Shown: positions 51,013 through 60,417 of the stretch, one piece after another
Numbering within the stretch: the stretch's first letter is position 1
Layout of the letters: every line of letters begins with the position of its first letter
From: a virus
Length of the DNA stretch: 64,000 nt
Reading direction: 5' to 3' (one strand)
IMG/VR virus record: IMGVR_UViG_3300037502_002304
Coordinates: 1-64,000 of that record
Position numbers and translations under genes: made by a program
Notes under the pieces: generated by a model
Told to the model about the DNA's origin: nothing
What the model saw: the letters and a program-made list of their open reading frames with translations, nothing else
Database searches by the model: none

Positions 51013-52028
51013 AATCCTATTTCTTTTAATTGTTCTTTAATTAATTTTAAAGACTCCTCTTTACCGTTAAAATAATAATAATCAGAAATATCCTTTAGCA
51101 TACTTCCAGTATTAATATAAGGAATATTAAATTTTTCCTCTAATTTTTTAGAGAATTTTATACCAGCATCATCAAAATCATAGAATGTAACTATATGATT
51201 AAATCTACTTTTAAATTCTTTAATCAAAGAATCTTTAAACTCATAGTTTTCTGATTGAGGTGCAACAAAATTATAACCTAAATCATGCAAGCACATTCCA
51301 TCTTTTAATGATGAGGCTATGAATAATAATTCTCCTTTTTCTGGAAGTTGTTCGTAACCACTTAATGTATTCGGTAAAAAGCCACTAATCCATTTTAAAA
51401 CTTTACTTTCTGGTTGATAAACTTTAAATCTAATTACATTGTTTTTATTCTCTACATAAGCATATGCTAAAGGATCTGCTTTAATTACATCATCATTAAT
51501 AAATATATATAGTAGAGGTCTAACCCGATACTTTTTTAAAGTATCTAGGCTTACTCCATATGATTTCCAATACTCCACATCTCTCCTACGCCACTCTCTA
51601 CTTTTAATATTTAAAGAAAAGTGCTTCTCTAATTTTTTATAATCAATATTTTTATGAACTTTAGGATTTTTACTAGAACTTCTAGTTCTTATAGTATCTA
51701 TATAAAATTTATCTTGTAGGTTAAAATCTACTATTATTTGTTCAAGAGCTTCTCTATAATTTAAATGAAATAAGTTCTTTACAAAATGAATAGAATCCCC
51801 TTTATCTCCTGTAGCTAAATCATGATAAAGTATCTTATTTGAATATTTTCTAGAAGTATAAACAGAAAATGAAGGGTGGTTGTCTTTTCTTAATGGTGAA
51901 TGATTTACACCATTTATAGTTACTTCAGGAAAGTAATATTTAAATATATCATAATCACTTATGAACTTATAAATATTTTCTTCACTAACTTGTAATTTAG
52001 GATTAAATCTTTCATCTCTTAAATCCAT
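51009..52028 (-). CDS. DNA primase (crAss-type, TOPRIM)
   Basis: SPLRKDNHPSF, KVYQP, SSLKD, APQSE, YDFDDAG and KDISDY motifs. Confidence 0.8.
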   Translation of the reverse strand: MDLRDERFNPKLQVSEENIYKFISDYDIFKYYFPEVTINGVNHSPLRKDNHPSFSVYTSRKYSNKILYHDLATGDKGDSIHFVKNLFHLNYREALEQIIVDFNLQDKFYIDTIRTRSSSKNPKVHKNIDYKKLEKHFSLNIKSREWRRRDVEYWKSYGVSLDTLKKYRVRPLLYIFINDDVIKADPLAYAYVENKNNVIRFKVYQPESKVLKWISGFLPNTLSGYEQLPEKGELLFIASSLKDGMCLHDLGYNFVAPQSENYEFKDSLIKEFKSRFNHIVTFYDFDDAGIKFSKKLEEKFNIPYINTGSMLKDISDYYYFNGKEESLKLIKEQLKEIGL

Positions 52029-52041
52029 AGTTATAGTAAAT

Positions 52042-52071
52042 AAAAAAGGGCAGCCATTATGGCCACCCTTT
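52042..52071 (-). terminator. intrinsic terminator
   Basis: - strand AAAGGGTGGCCATAATGGCTGCCC followed by TTTTTT. Confidence 0.7.
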
Positions 52072-52094
52072 AATTTTAACTAACTTAACTTCTA

Positions 52095-52694
52095 TTAAAG
52101 CCATCCATCAGTCGCTGGTCCATCGGAAGTAAAACCTTCAGTATCTTCACTACCACCTGAAGCTCGCATGTTCATGCCTTCCTCAGGATCGGGCTCTGGA
52201 CGTGTAGTAAGGGCTTTACTACTAAGTCGAGGCAACCCATCTTCTACATTCTTAATACCCCAAAACCCATCAATTTCTAAGAAACGACGAGGACGGGTAG
52301 TTGTACCATAACATACTGCAACATTAACTTTAATGTTATCTTGATTATCATGGCAGCATTTAAGTACACCATCCAAAGCTTCAGTAGGTGATTTATATGC
52401 TTTAACAGCTTTATCTTCTACTCGAAATACTTTAGCCAAATGTTTCAATTCACGACCAAACATTTCTTCACGAGTACCTTCAATATCATCTAGACCTCGT
52501 TTAAAATAAGCACGGTTAACTTCACCTCCATTTTCATCAGTTACAATTAATCTATAATCAGGTGCATTTTCAGATTCATCTGCTGATTTCTTTTCAATCC
52601 TTACAGAACAGTTCTTTACTACTCCTGCTTCTCCATTGTTGAATACTTTTACTTCTTTGTCATCGAATCTTTTTTCACTTAAATCAAATGCCAT
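52095..52694 (-). CDS. putative single-stranded DNA-binding protein
   Basis: Acidic flexible C-terminal tail ending ..DGWL; lies between an AAA ATPase and the primase, with its own promoter and terminator. Confidence 0.5.
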   Translation of the reverse strand: MAFDLSEKRFDDKEVKVFNNGEAGVVKNCSVRIEKKSADESENAPDYRLIVTDENGGEVNRAYFKRGLDDIEGTREEMFGRELKHLAKVFRVEDKAVKAYKSPTEALDGVLKCCHDNQDNIKVNVAVCYGTTTRPRRFLEIDGFWGIKNVEDGLPRLSSKALTTRPEPDPEEGMNMRASGGSEDTEGFTSDGPATDGWL

Positions 52695-52747
52695 AGTTGT
52701 TAGTTTTTATAAAGTTAGACAATAAATTATTTTTCTAAATAGGGTTA

Positions 52748-52755
52748 CAAAGATA
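52748..52755 (-). promoter_or_regulatory. Bacteroidetes -7 promoter element
   Basis: TATCTTTG on the - strand, ~55 nt upstream of the 52694 start. Confidence 0.55.
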
Positions 52756-52788
52756 ATAATTTTATTTATAAATACTAGTTAAAGAATA

Positions 52789-53544
52789 TTAATCATTGTT
52801 TTTAATAAAGATCCTGTCCCAATAAGCAGTAATATTGTTATTTTCATCAGATTCTGCTATAACAATTTCTTTACCTCGAAGATGAGGCGGTCTTGCTTCT
52901 ACAATAGAATCTTCACCTCCATTAAAATTAATAATAGTTTTATTTTTATCTCTATAAATATAACCAAGAGCATCAGATTCTGCTGCTACTAATCGTTCTA
53001 ATTTTCCAGACAAATCAATTGTATTTTCAAATAATTCCTTACCTTGTCTGTTAATATTCTTATCTTTAGTATGCGCTAATAGAATCAAGTGAGGTGTTAG
53101 TTTTCTAAAAGTATTAATAACTTTAAAGAAAGCTTCCCTTAGATATAAGTAACCTGCACCATTAGGAAGACTACGAACATCCTCAAAGCGATATTTACCT
53201 GTTTTTGGATCTAAACCAAAGTTCTTACCCATAGGTGTCTTTTGATATAAATTCTGAGCTAAAGGTAGAACCATTTCTTCCAAATCAGTAGCAGTATCAA
53301 TAGTAATGTATTCATAAGGACAATTTGCTTCTTTAATTGCCTTACTTACTTCCATTAACTCATTTAAATCAGAGGCTTTTATGATTAGGCCACTGACATA
53401 ATCTGATCCATCATTAATGTCAACAATTAGGTTATTGTCCAGCATGGAAGCTATAGTAGTTTTACCACTCTTAGGCTTTCCAAATAATACCAAAAATCTT
53501 GGATTAACTGTCTTAGGCTTGCTTTTCTGCGTTGGTAACTTCAT
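52789..53544 (-). CDS. AAA_24/Sak4-like ATPase (recombination)
   Basis: GKPKSGKTT, ITIDT, GAGY..LR, LAH and D..GY motifs. Confidence 0.75.
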   Translation of the reverse strand: MKLPTQKSKPKTVNPRFLVLFGKPKSGKTTIASMLDNNLIVDINDGSDYVSGLIIKASDLNELMEVSKAIKEANCPYEYITIDTATDLEEMVLPLAQNLYQKTPMGKNFGLDPKTGKYRFEDVRSLPNGAGYLYLREAFFKVINTFRKLTPHLILLAHTKDKNINRQGKELFENTIDLSGKLERLVAAESDALGYIYRDKNKTIINFNGGEDSIVEARPPHLRGKEIVIAESDENNNITAYWDRIFIKNND

Positions 53545-53612
53545 AATTAATACTATTTTATTATATTATTAAATTTATATTTATAAATCTTATTATATTT
53601 TTACTCATACGA

Positions 53613-54743
53613 CTAAGTTATAGCGTAACTTTCTTCTTTTTCTCTCATATTACTAACAAATTTATAAACTTCATTAATAGGTTCTCTTGGCAATTCTTTA
53701 AAAAAGTTTACCGCCCCATTAAAATAAGTTTGAATAGTAGCATTAGCTTTACCATTTCTGTTAAGTATTATGCTAATTTCTCTGTGATAATCTCTTAGTC
53801 TTGTTAAGTCCCAATTTTCATACGATGTTTCTTTATATTTATAAGGTGAAAATATCCCCAACATCAAAGTAGCATCCATTGCTGTATCTTTACAGTTAGC
53901 TAGTCCCTCTCTATCAGGTCTTACTTTATCTAATATTACACTACCATTATTACTAAACTGTTGTCTAGTAGAATCACTTGACTGCTGTTGTACTAATACC
54001 GGTGAATATTTGTATCTAGTTACAAATCTAATTAGATATTCACTAGATAAATTTTTTATACATTCATAAACAGTCTTACCTCTTTCTGATAAAAGAGAAG
54101 CATGGTCAATAATGGGTACTACTATTTGATTAGGATTATTAGGGGTATAATAGTCAAATACCTTTCTTTTTCTACCAGGATTTTCCCAATCATCTACTTC
54201 TATATAATGAGATTCACCATGTTCTTTGGCGTAATTCTCTATTTTTACTGAAATTCCAGTAGGATGCCTAATATTATCTATAATTTCTACTTTAGACTCA
54301 AAGAATTCCATCCATTCTTTAAATTCTTGACTGTCCAAAATAGATAATATTTGGTCGTCTACTGTATAACTTTCAAATACAGATTGTAAATGGTCAGGAT
54401 TTATAAGTATACCATATTTAGTAAATAACCTATAACAGATTGCTTGTAATATCTTAAATTCTTTAGATAATTCTAAAGAAAAATATATTACTTTATAATC
54501 TATATCTATATCTGGATGTTCTAATAAGAAGTCCAGTGGTTGATATACAAATAAAAAATCTGTTAACTGAGTTTTACTCTCTTTAGGACCACTTGTTATA
54601 ATGGTATACATACCTTTTCTAACTCCTGGTAAGACTTTAGACAGTCTAGGAAAGTGTTTAGACCAAGGTATTGCTATTATACCCCCTGATTCTTTAATAC
54701 GCTTATTTTCCTTAATATTATCTAAGACCCTCTCATAAATCAT
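53613..54743 (-). CDS. dnaB: DnaB-like replicative helicase
   Basis: SGPKESKT (atypical Walker A), YFSLE, IIDH, VQQQ and NRNG motifs. Confidence 0.7.
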   Translation of the reverse strand: MIYERVLDNIKENKRIKESGGIIAIPWSKHFPRLSKVLPGVRKGMYTIITSGPKESKTQLTDFLFVYQPLDFLLEHPDIDIDYKVIYFSLELSKEFKILQAICYRLFTKYGILINPDHLQSVFESYTVDDQILSILDSQEFKEWMEFFESKVEIIDNIRHPTGISVKIENYAKEHGESHYIEVDDWENPGRKRKVFDYYTPNNPNQIVVPIIDHASLLSERGKTVYECIKNLSSEYLIRFVTRYKYSPVLVQQQSSDSTRQQFSNNGSVILDKVRPDREGLANCKDTAMDATLMLGIFSPYKYKETSYENWDLTRLRDYHREISIILNRNGKANATIQTYFNGAVNFFKELPREPINEVYKFVSNMREKEESYAIT

Positions 54744-54755
54744 AAATGTTTTAAT

Positions 54756-55376
54756 TTATTTTACAATTACTCTATAATCTTCTCCTATATACCCCCCAGA
54801 TAATCTAAATTTTACTTCTGAAGGCAGATATTGTTTTCTTAACTGCCTTATCATAGCTTTTATCGTTCTAGGATGAGAGACATTAGTATGAGTTGGATAA
54901 TACATTGAAGTATGTACCCATCTTCTTGTTTTCTTATTATATTCCCAATCATAAGACTCTGGACTTAACCACCATTCTTTAAATGGTGAATAGGGTTTGT
55001 TATGAAGTGGGAACTCTGTTATTTTAGGAATTTTACGAATAATGATTTTCCTGTTTTGTCTATAGTCTTCTGGAAGTTTCACAGGAAACTCTTTATTTTT
55101 AAATTCATTATAAGTTTTCTGACTGTATACATCTTTCATCCGTTTTTGAACAAATTCAAATGGACAGTTTTGGATGAGGTAAATATCCACCCAATTAGGT
55201 GTGTTCATAATCGGACGTTCTTGCGTAAAATCTTCCTCTCCCCACCAGTCAAACACATAGTCCCCTATACATTTCTTAAAACCATCAAAGAAGACTACAA
55301 CTTGTTCACTGGCCCAGCTCTTGAATTTAATATATTCTTCATATGAATCTGTATATGTTTTGTCAATTCCTGCCAT
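54756..55376 (-). CDS. hypothetical protein
   Basis: 206-aa Trp-rich ORF. Confidence 0.6.
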   Translation of the reverse strand: MAGIDKTYTDSYEEYIKFKSWASEQVVVFFDGFKKCIGDYVFDWWGEEDFTQERPIMNTPNWVDIYLIQNCPFEFVQKRMKDVYSQKTYNEFKNKEFPVKLPEDYRQNRKIIIRKIPKITEFPLHNKPYSPFKEWWLSPESYDWEYNKKTRRWVHTSMYYPTHTNVSHPRTIKAMIRQLRKQYLPSEVKFRLSGGYIGEDYRVIVK

Positions 55377-55381
55377 ATATA

Positions 55382-55582
55382 CTAACTATTTTTACTTTTA
55401 AACCCTCTAAATAATATACTTATTAAGATATTTAAAGCTAAAGCCTTCCAAAAATTTATTTCTGGTAAATTAAATAGATAGGGCATTACATAATTCCATA
55501 ATATCATTACTACCCAAGTAGTAAAATATTCTATTGATATTATGATTAATATTGCTAATAAATATAATAATAAATTTTTCAT
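55382..55582 (-). CDS. small membrane protein
   Basis: LWNYVMPYLFNLPEINFWKAL motif with hydrophobic flanks. Confidence 0.6.
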   Translation of the reverse strand: MKNLLLYLLAILIIISIEYFTTWVVMILWNYVMPYLFNLPEINFWKALALNILISILFRGFKSKNS

Positions 55583-55588
55583 ACACTA

Positions 55589-56272
55589 TTATTTTTTAAT
55601 TTTAAGATGTTTAACATCTACTCCAGCTAATTTAGCTACTTCTTCCATAGTTAAAACTACCTCCTTCTCTTTAAGATCCTCTTTATATTCTTCTAATGCC
55701 TTTTTACATGAATTATATGTTTTATATAACTCGGAAGTTTCACCACCTCCACTATAATATTCTGGCTTAATAAAAAATAGTTCTGTTTTCTTAATCTCAA
55801 AAGTTCTTTTATTAAAATAATAAGCTATTTCTTCTAGATCTACAAATATCTCTCCAATAGAATTAGTAAATATAGAGTCTGTACATAATCTTAATCCAAA
55901 ATATTTTTCAAAATTATTTAATTCTTCTTGAGTTAAAATCCTACCAAATCTTTCAAGATTATTTAAATCAGATAAGTAGTATTGGTCTCCAAATATCTTT
56001 AAAATTTTACGTTTATTCCCTTCATCACTTATTAAAACATCTCCTTCTTTATACTTCATAGTTGATGAATTTTTAGAGTCATTAGAAGTAGATTCCTTAT
56101 ATAATTCATATCCATACTTATCTAACTCATGCTGAGTATAGGATACCCTTGATCTTTCATAATTATCTACCTCAGATAAAAGATATACTTCACCACATAT
56201 ACCTAAGATTTTACGTTTACTACGATGTTTACTTATTAAAATGTCTCCTACTTTATATTTCATAATTGACAA
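55589..56272 (-). CDS. hypothetical protein with an internal tandem duplication of an SH3/KOW-like unit
   Basis: MKYKVGDILIS...KRKIL..GE.Y.LS and MKYKEGDVLIS...KRKIL..GD.Y.LS. Confidence 0.65.
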   Translation of the reverse strand: MSIMKYKVGDILISKHRSKRKILGICGEVYLLSEVDNYERSRVSYTQHELDKYGYELYKESTSNDSKNSSTMKYKEGDVLISDEGNKRKILKIFGDQYYLSDLNNLERFGRILTQEELNNFEKYFGLRLCTDSIFTNSIGEIFVDLEEIAYYFNKRTFEIKKTELFFIKPEYYSGGGETSELYKTYNSCKKALEEYKEDLKEKEVVLTMEEVAKLAGVDVKHLKIKK

Positions 56273-56285
56273 ATTTTAAATTTAT

Positions 56286-56855
56286 TTATAATCGTTCTAC
56301 ATTTTCACCAGAATTTAGATCAAAATCTTGATGGGTACCTTCTTTTCTTTCTAAAATAGCATCTATATAAGGTTCCCAACCAGATTGATTAATATAAGTT
56401 TCTAGCTTCTTTAAGTAATCTAAGGCACCTCTTTTCTTATAAGAAGCCAACATAATTTTAGTTGCTTGAATAACTAAATCATGAACTTCTTTCTTAGTTA
56501 CCTTTCTAAGATATTTTTCTGATAATAACTTATAATCTCTAGTGATTTTACCTAATTGTTCTTTATTTTTAGCTCTAAGAACTCTTCCTGATGGTGTTTT
56601 ATGAGGATATAATTCAAATAATTCGTCAAAATTTATAGCATTTTTACTGAATATTTTATTAGCTTTTTCAGTAAATATTATTCTATCCTCTATCAGAATT
56701 AAATATCCTTTTTCTACTAAAGAATTTATAACTGACTCACTAGATTCAAATGGAACATCAAATTCACATGTACCACTTATTTTTAATAATGTTAGATACT
56801 CATTGATATTGAGTCCCCACTTTATCAACTGCACTAAATCAATCTCAATTATCAT
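56286..56855 (-). CDS. putative replication initiator/helicase loader (wHTH plus FDELFELYP domain)
   Basis: LVEKGYL wHTH-like part, F..LFELYP and LETYINQ..W; lies upstream of the helicase. Confidence 0.45.
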   Translation of the reverse strand: MIIEIDLVQLIKWGLNINEYLTLLKISGTCEFDVPFESSESVINSLVEKGYLILIEDRIIFTEKANKIFSKNAINFDELFELYPHKTPSGRVLRAKNKEQLGKITRDYKLLSEKYLRKVTKKEVHDLVIQATKIMLASYKKRGALDYLKKLETYINQSGWEPYIDAILERKEGTHQDFDLNSGENVERL

Positions 56856-56867
56856 CTCCCCTCAAAT

Positions 56868-57116
56868 TTAATTCAACTCCACTCTTTCTAAATTAATAAT
56901 ACTATCATATAATTCTTTTCTTGGATTAGCTTCATAAGCTTTCTTAAACTCATTTTTTACTGTCTCTAACATCTTAATTAACTCTTCATCTGGTAAATGT
57001 TTTATTACCTTTTTTTCAACCTGTTCTGGTGGGTTCCTACGCTTAATCCTGTCCTTTTCATCTAAATACCCACCCATGTCTTTTGCCCAACTAATATTGC
57101 TACTCATAACATACAA
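56868..57116 (-). CDS. hypothetical protein
   Basis: 82-aa ORF. Confidence 0.45.
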   Translation of the reverse strand: MYVMSSNISWAKDMGGYLDEKDRIKRRNPPEQVEKKVIKHLPDEELIKMLETVKNEFKKAYEANPRKELYDSIINLERVELN

Positions 57117-57119
57117 GAT

Positions 57120-57371
57120 TTAATTATTATCTTCAATTAATACTCCAAATGTAGCATTTTCTTCAAAATCTTTTAATGATGTTATTGGAACATCAGTTCC
57201 ATAAAGCTCATATATCATATAAACTTCCTTACCATGTTTAAATCTATTTATGGCTTCTTTCTTGGTAATAACTTTATACTTACCCCCATACCTACAATTA
57301 ATAATTAATTCCTTATAATTTTCTTTATTATTACCCATAACAATATTTATTATTCCTGAAGATATTATCAT
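57120..57371 (-). CDS. hypothetical protein (likely start ~57338, MGNN)
   Basis: ORF track. Confidence 0.45.
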   Translation of the reverse strand: MIISSGIINIVMGNNKENYKELIINCRYGGKYKVITKKEAINRFKHGKEVYMIYELYGTDVPITSLKDFEENATFGVLIEDNN

Positions 57372-57534
57372 ATTCTAGAATAGAAATAGGTAATCCTTCT
57401 TCTGCCATATCTACAATAGCCTCTTTTTTAGCTAAGTCATGTAAGTTTTTTACCTCATCATGTGAATTATCTTTAATATCTTTATATTGAAAAGTATATT
57501 TAATTTTTCGGATTAAAGTACTGATAATTCTCAT
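57331..57534 (-). CDS. hypothetical protein
   Basis: 67-aa ORF. Confidence 0.45.
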   Translation of the reverse strand: MRIISTLIRKIKYTFQYKDIKDNSHDEVKNLHDLAKKEAIVDMAEEGLPISILEYDNIFRNNKYCYG

Positions 57535-57556
57535 AGTTATTAAATTTTAAAGTTAA

Positions 57557-57675
57557 AAGGCTTCCGCAGGGTTACTGGTTTGTTACTTTATAGTCTACTA
57601 CTAACCCTTTTTCGACTTTAAACATGTAACCTAACAGCTCTCCTTACCTTATGGCTAGTGGGTTTTGGAAGCCTT
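57557..57675 (-). ncRNA. candidate structured intergenic RNA
   Basis: Closed by a 9-bp stem AAGGCTTCC/GGAAGCCTT, with an internal hairpin AGGGTTAGTAGT/ACCAGTAACCCT; fills a 148-nt gap. Confidence 0.4.
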
Positions 57676-57682
57676 AATTATT

Positions 57683-57955
57683 TTAAATATCTTCCAATAC
57701 ATCATCATCAGTAGCTACTATTGCTCCTGTAAGTCCTTTAATTGTTAAAAGTCCTATTTCTCTATCATCTTCCAGTAAAGGAAATATAGCAGCAGGTTCA
57801 TTAATTTCTAGAAATTCTTCTTCAGAAATTTTCTCATTCTTAGGATCATTCATTAATTTAATGAACTTATTAATAAAGTCCTCATTTTCTTCGGTAAGTT
57901 CAACTTTAAAAAACAAACTACGTTCCTTGTCTTTATAATAAAAGGGACCAATCAT
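57683..57955 (-). CDS. hypothetical protein
   Basis: 90-aa acidic ORF. Confidence 0.5.
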   Translation of the reverse strand: MIGPFYYKDKERSLFFKVELTEENEDFINKFIKLMNDPKNEKISEEEFLEINEPAAIFPLLEDDREIGLLTIKGLTGAIVATDDDVLEDI

Positions 57956-57960
57956 ATCAT

Positions 57961-58359
57961 TTAATTTATATTTCCTCCAGGATCTTTTATACTAAATATT
58001 GTAATATAAGATAAATTCTCATTTTCTTCATATTGAATAGTAAAAACTACCCCTTCATAAGAAAACCAATAGTCTATAAAATCTTCTCTTACTTTCCAAT
58101 AACTTAGTACCCTATAGTTTAATTTCTCTTTAAGTCTATCTGTAAGACTTGCTATAATATTAAAAGCATTGGAACCTACATATACTTGTACTCCTGTTAT
58201 AGCTTTACCATTATAAATAAAACTTTTTTCATCTACTTCTACTGAAGTAGGGATAGAAGATTTATAAAATATTGATATAGCTTGGGCTTCAGAGATTTCT
58301 TGAGCTTCAAGAAATTCTACAATGAATAATATTGCAAATATAGCTAATAATTTTTTCAT
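57961..58359 (-). CDS. secreted hypothetical protein
   Basis: Signal peptide MKKLLAIFAILFIVEFLEA|Q; an N-terminal Gln after cleavage is typical of Bacteroidetes. Confidence 0.6.
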   Translation of the reverse strand: MKKLLAIFAILFIVEFLEAQEISEAQAISIFYKSSIPTSVEVDEKSFIYNGKAITGVQVYVGSNAFNIIASLTDRLKEKLNYRVLSYWKVREDFIDYWFSYEGVVFTIQYEENENLSYITIFSIKDPGGNIN

Positions 58360-58371
58360 AACAAATAATTT

Positions 58372-59283
58372 TTAAGATTCAGTTTCAAATTCAGAATATG
58401 AATAAGAATTATTATTGCCAGTACTTACGCTACGAGTAGCTCTTTTTAATAGACTAAGATAAGATTTTTCTGGAAGAACATATCCTTTATTATACCAATG
58501 ATACATTCTTGCTAAAGCATTAATAGCAACAGCTTTATGTCTAAAAGAATAGTTAGTAGGAATAAGTATTTTAGTATCAAAACTTACCTTATCTATATAA
58601 AAGTTAGGACTTGAGTTAGAAAAAGTTATTTTACCTTGTTCTATAGTATAACAGAAGTAGTCTGGACCATTTGTTAAAATTTGTACTACTAAATCATCCT
58701 TTTTAAAAGTCATAGCAGTTTTAGTTCCTGAAACAAATGTCCATCCTGTTTCATGGAATACATTCATAAGGTCTTGACCACCTTCTCTTTTATAGAATAA
58801 GTCATAATCTTTAGGTTTCCTATCTTCTAAAATATCTACAATAGCTCCTCCTGTTAATATTATATATCTAGGGTCTACAATAGGTTTTCTATTTTCTCTT
58901 GCTATTCTGAGATACTCTTTAATAGAAGCATCAATTGCTTCAAATCCATTATCTTTTTTAATTTTTTCCACTAAATGGTTCATAGATGTATCAGTTTTAA
59001 TGTTAAAAGGTATGTTTAAAAAATTTGCTAATTTTTCTACATATTCAGCACTTCTATTTAGATTTTCTTCTATAAGTTTATTGTAATATATAGAAAAAGC
59101 TTCTGATCCTATGTTTCTATAATTTATCAATACTTCAAACAAGATAAGTCTAGAGAATGCACTAGTAATATTTTCTTTTTTAATAAAAGTATATAATTTT
59201 GATAATAAATCTTGGAATTCTTCTGTATCCATAATAATTACATTAATAATAAAGGGGTTGAGACTATCATAGCGGGTTACCAT
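58372..59283 (-). CDS. nucleotidyltransferase (CCA/poly(A) polymerase head-like); likely start ~59232 (MDTEEF)
   Basis: ILTGGAIVDILEDRKPKDYDLF (GG...DxD motif). Confidence 0.65.
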   Translation of the reverse strand: MVTRYDSLNPFIINVIIMDTEEFQDLLSKLYTFIKKENITSAFSRLILFEVLINYRNIGSEAFSIYYNKLIEENLNRSAEYVEKLANFLNIPFNIKTDTSMNHLVEKIKKDNGFEAIDASIKEYLRIARENRKPIVDPRYIILTGGAIVDILEDRKPKDYDLFYKREGGQDLMNVFHETGWTFVSGTKTAMTFKKDDLVVQILTNGPDYFCYTIEQGKITFSNSSPNFYIDKVSFDTKILIPTNYSFRHKAVAINALARMYHWYNKGYVLPEKSYLSLLKRATRSVSTGNNNSYSYSEFETES

Positions 59284-59302
59284 TACTACGGTCTCTTCCC
59301 CT
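59253..59302 (-). promoter_or_regulatory. GC-rich extended hairpin in the leader of the nucleotidyltransferase gene
   Basis: Stacked stems AGGGG/CCCCT, GAGAC/GTCTC and CGTAG/CTATG. Confidence 0.4.
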
Positions 59303-59423
59303 CTCTTTGCCTTACTTTGATAAATCCCTTGTTATTCATCATCTAAGGATAAATATAAAGTTAAAGCTACTATAATTATAACAAGTGCCATATAAATTAT
59401 TTTAAGTGTCATCATTTTATCAA

Positions 59424-59717
59424 TTAATAAAAGAAATTAGTGATTTTATCGATCCATTTAGATATATTTGTAATATTTGGGAAAACAGTTTTTAACTTTT
59501 TGTATATATATCTAAGTACTAAGATCAATAATTTATATATTACATGGATTATAAGATACATAAAAGTAGCTGGCCAAAATGTTAGAAGAATCATAAGCCC
59601 CATTATATCTGAATTATCTGCTTTCCAATTATTTTCTTCTGATTGAACGACATATATTAACAAACCTGCTAAAAGTATCGGTAATAATCCTATTAAATAT
59701 ATCTTTATAAATATCAT
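59424..59717 (-). CDS. membrane protein
   Basis: IYLIG...TFWP, hydrophobic; resembles 59714..59998 and 32811..33047. Confidence 0.55.
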   Translation of the reverse strand: MIFIKIYLIGLLPILLAGLLIYVVQSEENNWKADNSDIMGLMILLTFWPATFMYLIIHVIYKLLILVLRYIYKKLKTVFPNITNISKWIDKITNFFY

Positions 59718-59998
59718 TTTGGTATAATTTTAGTTAAACAACTTTTTAATTTTCTAATTAAAAATATAATATTCTTTACTATATAGTAAGATAAATAATA
59801 AATTAGTACCGTTAATACAACTATTACTACTGCACTTAATATAAAGGGCCATGTTAATACAAAGAAAAATCCTAGAGCTATATCTTCAAAGTCTCTTTCT
59901 TTTAGTTTATCTAAATTATCAAGTGTAGCAATTAATATCAAATATAATACTGTGAGAATTATAAATCCTATGAAATAAATTGATCCCATAAGTTCCAT
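59714..59998 (-). CDS. membrane protein
   Basis: IYFIG...LTWP, hydrophobic. Confidence 0.55.
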   Translation of the reverse strand: MELMGSIYFIGFIILTVLYLILIATLDNLDKLKERDFEDIALGFFFVLTWPFILSAVVIVVLTVLIYYLSYYIVKNIIFLIRKLKSCLTKIIPK

Positions 59999-60054
59999 TA
60001 GAATGTTCTTTTAATATTTTAGTTAGTAACATGATTTTATAGATTTAACTGTTC

Positions 60055-60402
60055 CTAACATACTTCTATAAAATTCTTTATTAATATCTCTAATACTTTA
60101 GGTTGTATAACACATTCACCATATTCATTAGCGATTATATAGTTTTCTACTTCTTCCGCTAATTCTTTATAACTTTTAGGCACTGTCTTATATAACCTAT
60201 CTATTTTCTTTTTAGCAGCTTCAATAGCTTCTTCTTCTGTAGGAAATCCTAATGTATAATTATCTAAATTACTACGATAACCAAGAAGAGCTTTTCCACA
60301 TATTGAATCTGCATGAAAACTATTATCTTCAGTACTTTGATATACTGTAATCTCAATATTCCTATATTGTATATCTTTAATCTTTTTTAATTCACTTGTC
60401 AT
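60055..60402 (-). CDS. hypothetical protein
   Basis: 115-aa ORF. Confidence 0.55.
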   Translation of the reverse strand: MTSELKKIKDIQYRNIEITVYQSTEDNSFHADSICGKALLGYRSNLDNYTLGFPTEEEAIEAAKKKIDRLYKTVPKSYKELAEEVENYIIANEYGECVIQPKVLEILIKNFIEVC

Positions 60403-60417
60403 AACTTATAATTTTAA

